A program made the translations under genes and the position numbers. The notes beneath the pieces were generated by a model. The model had not been told where the DNA came from. It was given only the letters and a program-made list of their open reading frames with translations, and made no database searches. From positions 11,745-75,744 of IMG/VR virus record IMGVR_UViG_3300032225_002400: 64,000 nucleotides of DNA; one strand, written 5' to 3'. The DNA is from a virus (lineage: Duplodnaviria; Caudoviricetes). Positions 62,203-64,000 of the stretch are shown here, piece by piece; position 1 is the first letter of the stretch, and the number at the start of each line of letters is the position of its first letter.

Positions 62203-62532
62203 TTAATTAAACCTATAATAATATCTAACTAACTCATTTTTGTAATAACCCAATAATTTTGACCTATCTTCTATTTTAATTCTAAATTCACTTCTCAAAA
62301 ACTTATCAACTAATATACAACAAATGCAAAGTAAAAAAAACTTTCTTCCACTTTTTTCATTAGCGTGATAAATTTCTTGCCATTTTAACTTATTATCTTC
62401 AGCTATAGTAGTAAAAACTTTTTCAAAAACTTCATATTGATATTTACACTTATCTATTTCTATTCTATTTGCAAAAGAGCTATCAAAATAATCATTGTTG
62501 CGCAACTTCAACATAACTGAGTTTGGTATCAT
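62203..62532 (-). CDS. hypothetical protein
   Basis: 109-aa ORF. Confidence 0.5.
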   Translation of the reverse strand: MIPNSVMLKLRNNDYFDSSFANRIEIDKCKYQYEVFEKVFTTIAEDNKLKWQEIYHANEKSGRKFFLLCICCILVDKFLRSEFRIKIEDRSKLLGYYKNELVRYYYRFN

Positions 62533-62959
62533 TTTCTATAATTTTTTCGTATTTTTTAATTAAATCAAATCTCAAAAATCGTTGTAACTCAAAACCTTGT
62601 TGTTTAAAGTTTAAAAAAGTTCCATAATCTTTAATTAAAGTTTTAGGAAATACATAAAGTTTATCATCATCTACTCTTAAAGAAATAGTTTTTATGTGAA
62701 TCAAATTACCACTTAATAACTCCCAATTAAAACCAAAACCTTTACTTTTATAGTGATAGTGCTTCTCTAAATCTCTAGTAACGTGTAATATAGCATCTTG
62801 TACATCAACATGACCAAGTAACCTTGGTTTTGATAATTGAGCTAATTTCAAATGAACTGAAGCATGAGTCCATTGTTTATTCTCATCGTAAAATCCACGA
62901 ACTAAAAGTTGATTTCCTTGTTTATCTTCTTTTCCAAAAACTTTTGAACCTACATCCAT
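62492..62959 (-). CDS. hypothetical protein
   Basis: 155-aa ORF with conserved leader. Confidence 0.6.
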   Translation of the reverse strand: MDVGSKVFGKEDKQGNQLLVRGFYDENKQWTHASVHLKLAQLSKPRLLGHVDVQDAILHVTRDLEKHYHYKSKGFGFNWELLSGNLIHIKTISLRVDDDKLYVFPKTLIKDYGTFLNFKQQGFELQRFLRFDLIKKYEKIIENDTKLSYVEVAQQ

Positions 62960-63104
62960 GATTTGATTTTTTTATGGTTTTATAAAAGTTGTTTATTGCT
63001 ATAAATGTCATTAATAAACTGTATACAATAAAAAATAAAGGTACATCAAAAATAAAAAATTTAATTAATATAAAAATATCTTTAGTCGTTGAAAGAAGTT
63101 TCAT
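62922..63104 (-). CDS. small membrane protein
   Basis: Hydrophobic 60-aa ORF overlapping both neighbours. Confidence 0.35.
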   Translation of the reverse strand: MKLLSTTKDIFILIKFFIFDVPLFFIVYSLLMTFIAINNFYKTIKKSNHGCRFKSFWKRR

Positions 63105-63384
63105 ATATAACTTTTTTTAATTTTTCAAGAAACAAAAACTCATGCAATTTAGTAGGAGGAGTAAAAACTAACTCATGAGAAATATATTCATATCTTTCAT
63201 GGTCATTAGATAATTCAAATAGCATAAGCTTAATAGCTTCAATACAATCTTCTTCATGATACATAAAAGAGTACATATCTGTATCTATGTGAAACGAATG
63301 TTGTCCTTTATTTTTCCATAAAGGATTTTCAGAATCACTGTAATTTTCAAAATGTCTTGTTTTAATGTTTACTAAAGTTTTCAT
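63082..63384 (-). CDS. hypothetical early protein
   Basis: 100-aa ORF with repeated leader. Confidence 0.6.
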   Translation of the reverse strand: MKTLVNIKTRHFENYSDSENPLWKNKGQHSFHIDTDMYSFMYHEEDCIEAIKLMLFELSNDHERYEYISHELVFTPPTKLHEFLFLEKLKKVIYETSFND

Positions 63385-63410
63385 GATTTGTTTTTTTTTG
63401 ATGGTTATGA

Positions 63411-63632
63411 TTAATTATTAAAATCAATAATTTTTTTTACATTATTAGAAAGTTCTACAATTAATGATTCAGCAATAAAACCTTTTCTCCATGTATCAGG
63501 GTTTTTTTCCATGTCTTCAATTGTGATTTCCATAACTTTAATAATTCGCTCTCTTAATAATGCGTTTTGCATTGGAGAATTAGTGCTAATTAATTTTCTT
63601 AGCAATTGTTCGTTAGTTTGATTTTTTTTCAT
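63411..63632 (-). CDS. hypothetical early protein
   Basis: 73-aa ORF with repeated leader. Confidence 0.6.
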   Translation of the reverse strand: MKKNQTNEQLLRKLISTNSPMQNALLRERIIKVMEITIEDMEKNPDTWRKGFIAESLIVELSNNVKKIIDFNN

Positions 63633-63650
63633 GATTTGTTTTTTTTATGA

Positions 63651-63956
63651 TTATTTATTGTGTTCGTAAATTGTAAATTGGTCAAACTCATCCATTTCGT
63701 ATGAATATTTGAAATCAATACAATGTAGTGTATCACCATATTGATTAATAATTTCATTAATTGTTTTTTCTAATTGTCTAATACCTTTAAAAGAATAGAA
63801 ATCTGAAAAATCATATTCATGAATTGTATCTTGTTTTACGTATATCATTAATTCATAAGTACAAAAATACTCATCATCATCCCAATATTTTTCTTTAGGT
63901 AAATCTTTTAGAATGTCTTTAACTTTTTGAGTAATTTCAAGTGTTAGTTTTTTCAT
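63651..63956 (-). CDS. hypothetical early protein
   Basis: 101-aa acidic ORF. Confidence 0.6.
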   Translation of the reverse strand: MKKLTLEITQKVKDILKDLPKEKYWDDDEYFCTYELMIYVKQDTIHEYDFSDFYSFKGIRQLEKTINEIINQYGDTLHCIDFKYSYEMDEFDQFTIYEHNK

Positions 63957-64000
63957 GGTTTTTTTAATTTAATGGTTATTTGATAGAGCTAATATACTAA

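Noticed and set aside
1-64000. Eukaryotic giant virus or Polinton-like virus
   Set aside because: Peptidoglycan hydrolases, PG-binding domain, RecT, coupled operons and Bacteroidota promoter boxes indicate a bacterial host.
1-64000. Stop-codon reassignment
   Set aside because: Long genes are intact under code 11, and TAG and TGA both end tightly packed genes.

Overview
AT-rich, densely coding, essentially unidirectional blocks of a large dsDNA bacterial virus, probably infecting Bacteroidota (no Shine-Dalgarno motifs, TAnnTTTG promoter boxes, Gln after a signal peptide, GH19/GH73 lysins, RecT). I found no terminase, portal, HK97 capsid, tail tube or tape measure in the window. The structural module instead has an A32/P9-like FtsK-HerA packaging ATPase (22946-23767), a short beta-rich likely single-jelly-roll major capsid protein (24142-24843) with a diverged paralog (49658-50329), about 30 small single-TM proteins and two fibre/spike systems. 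This points to an unusually large tailless, lipid-containing virus. Other notable features: three tandem polyproteins (3541-11457) cut into modules by about 24 copies of an [MLFY]xxGG motif; an NF(T/S)G motif shared by the capsid protein and membrane proteins; about 10 glycosyltransferases, one next to a poly-Thr spike; an orphan fibre-chaperone relic; and a 247-aa minimal family-B polymerase-like protein. All family assignments are from motif recognition by eye; no searches were run.
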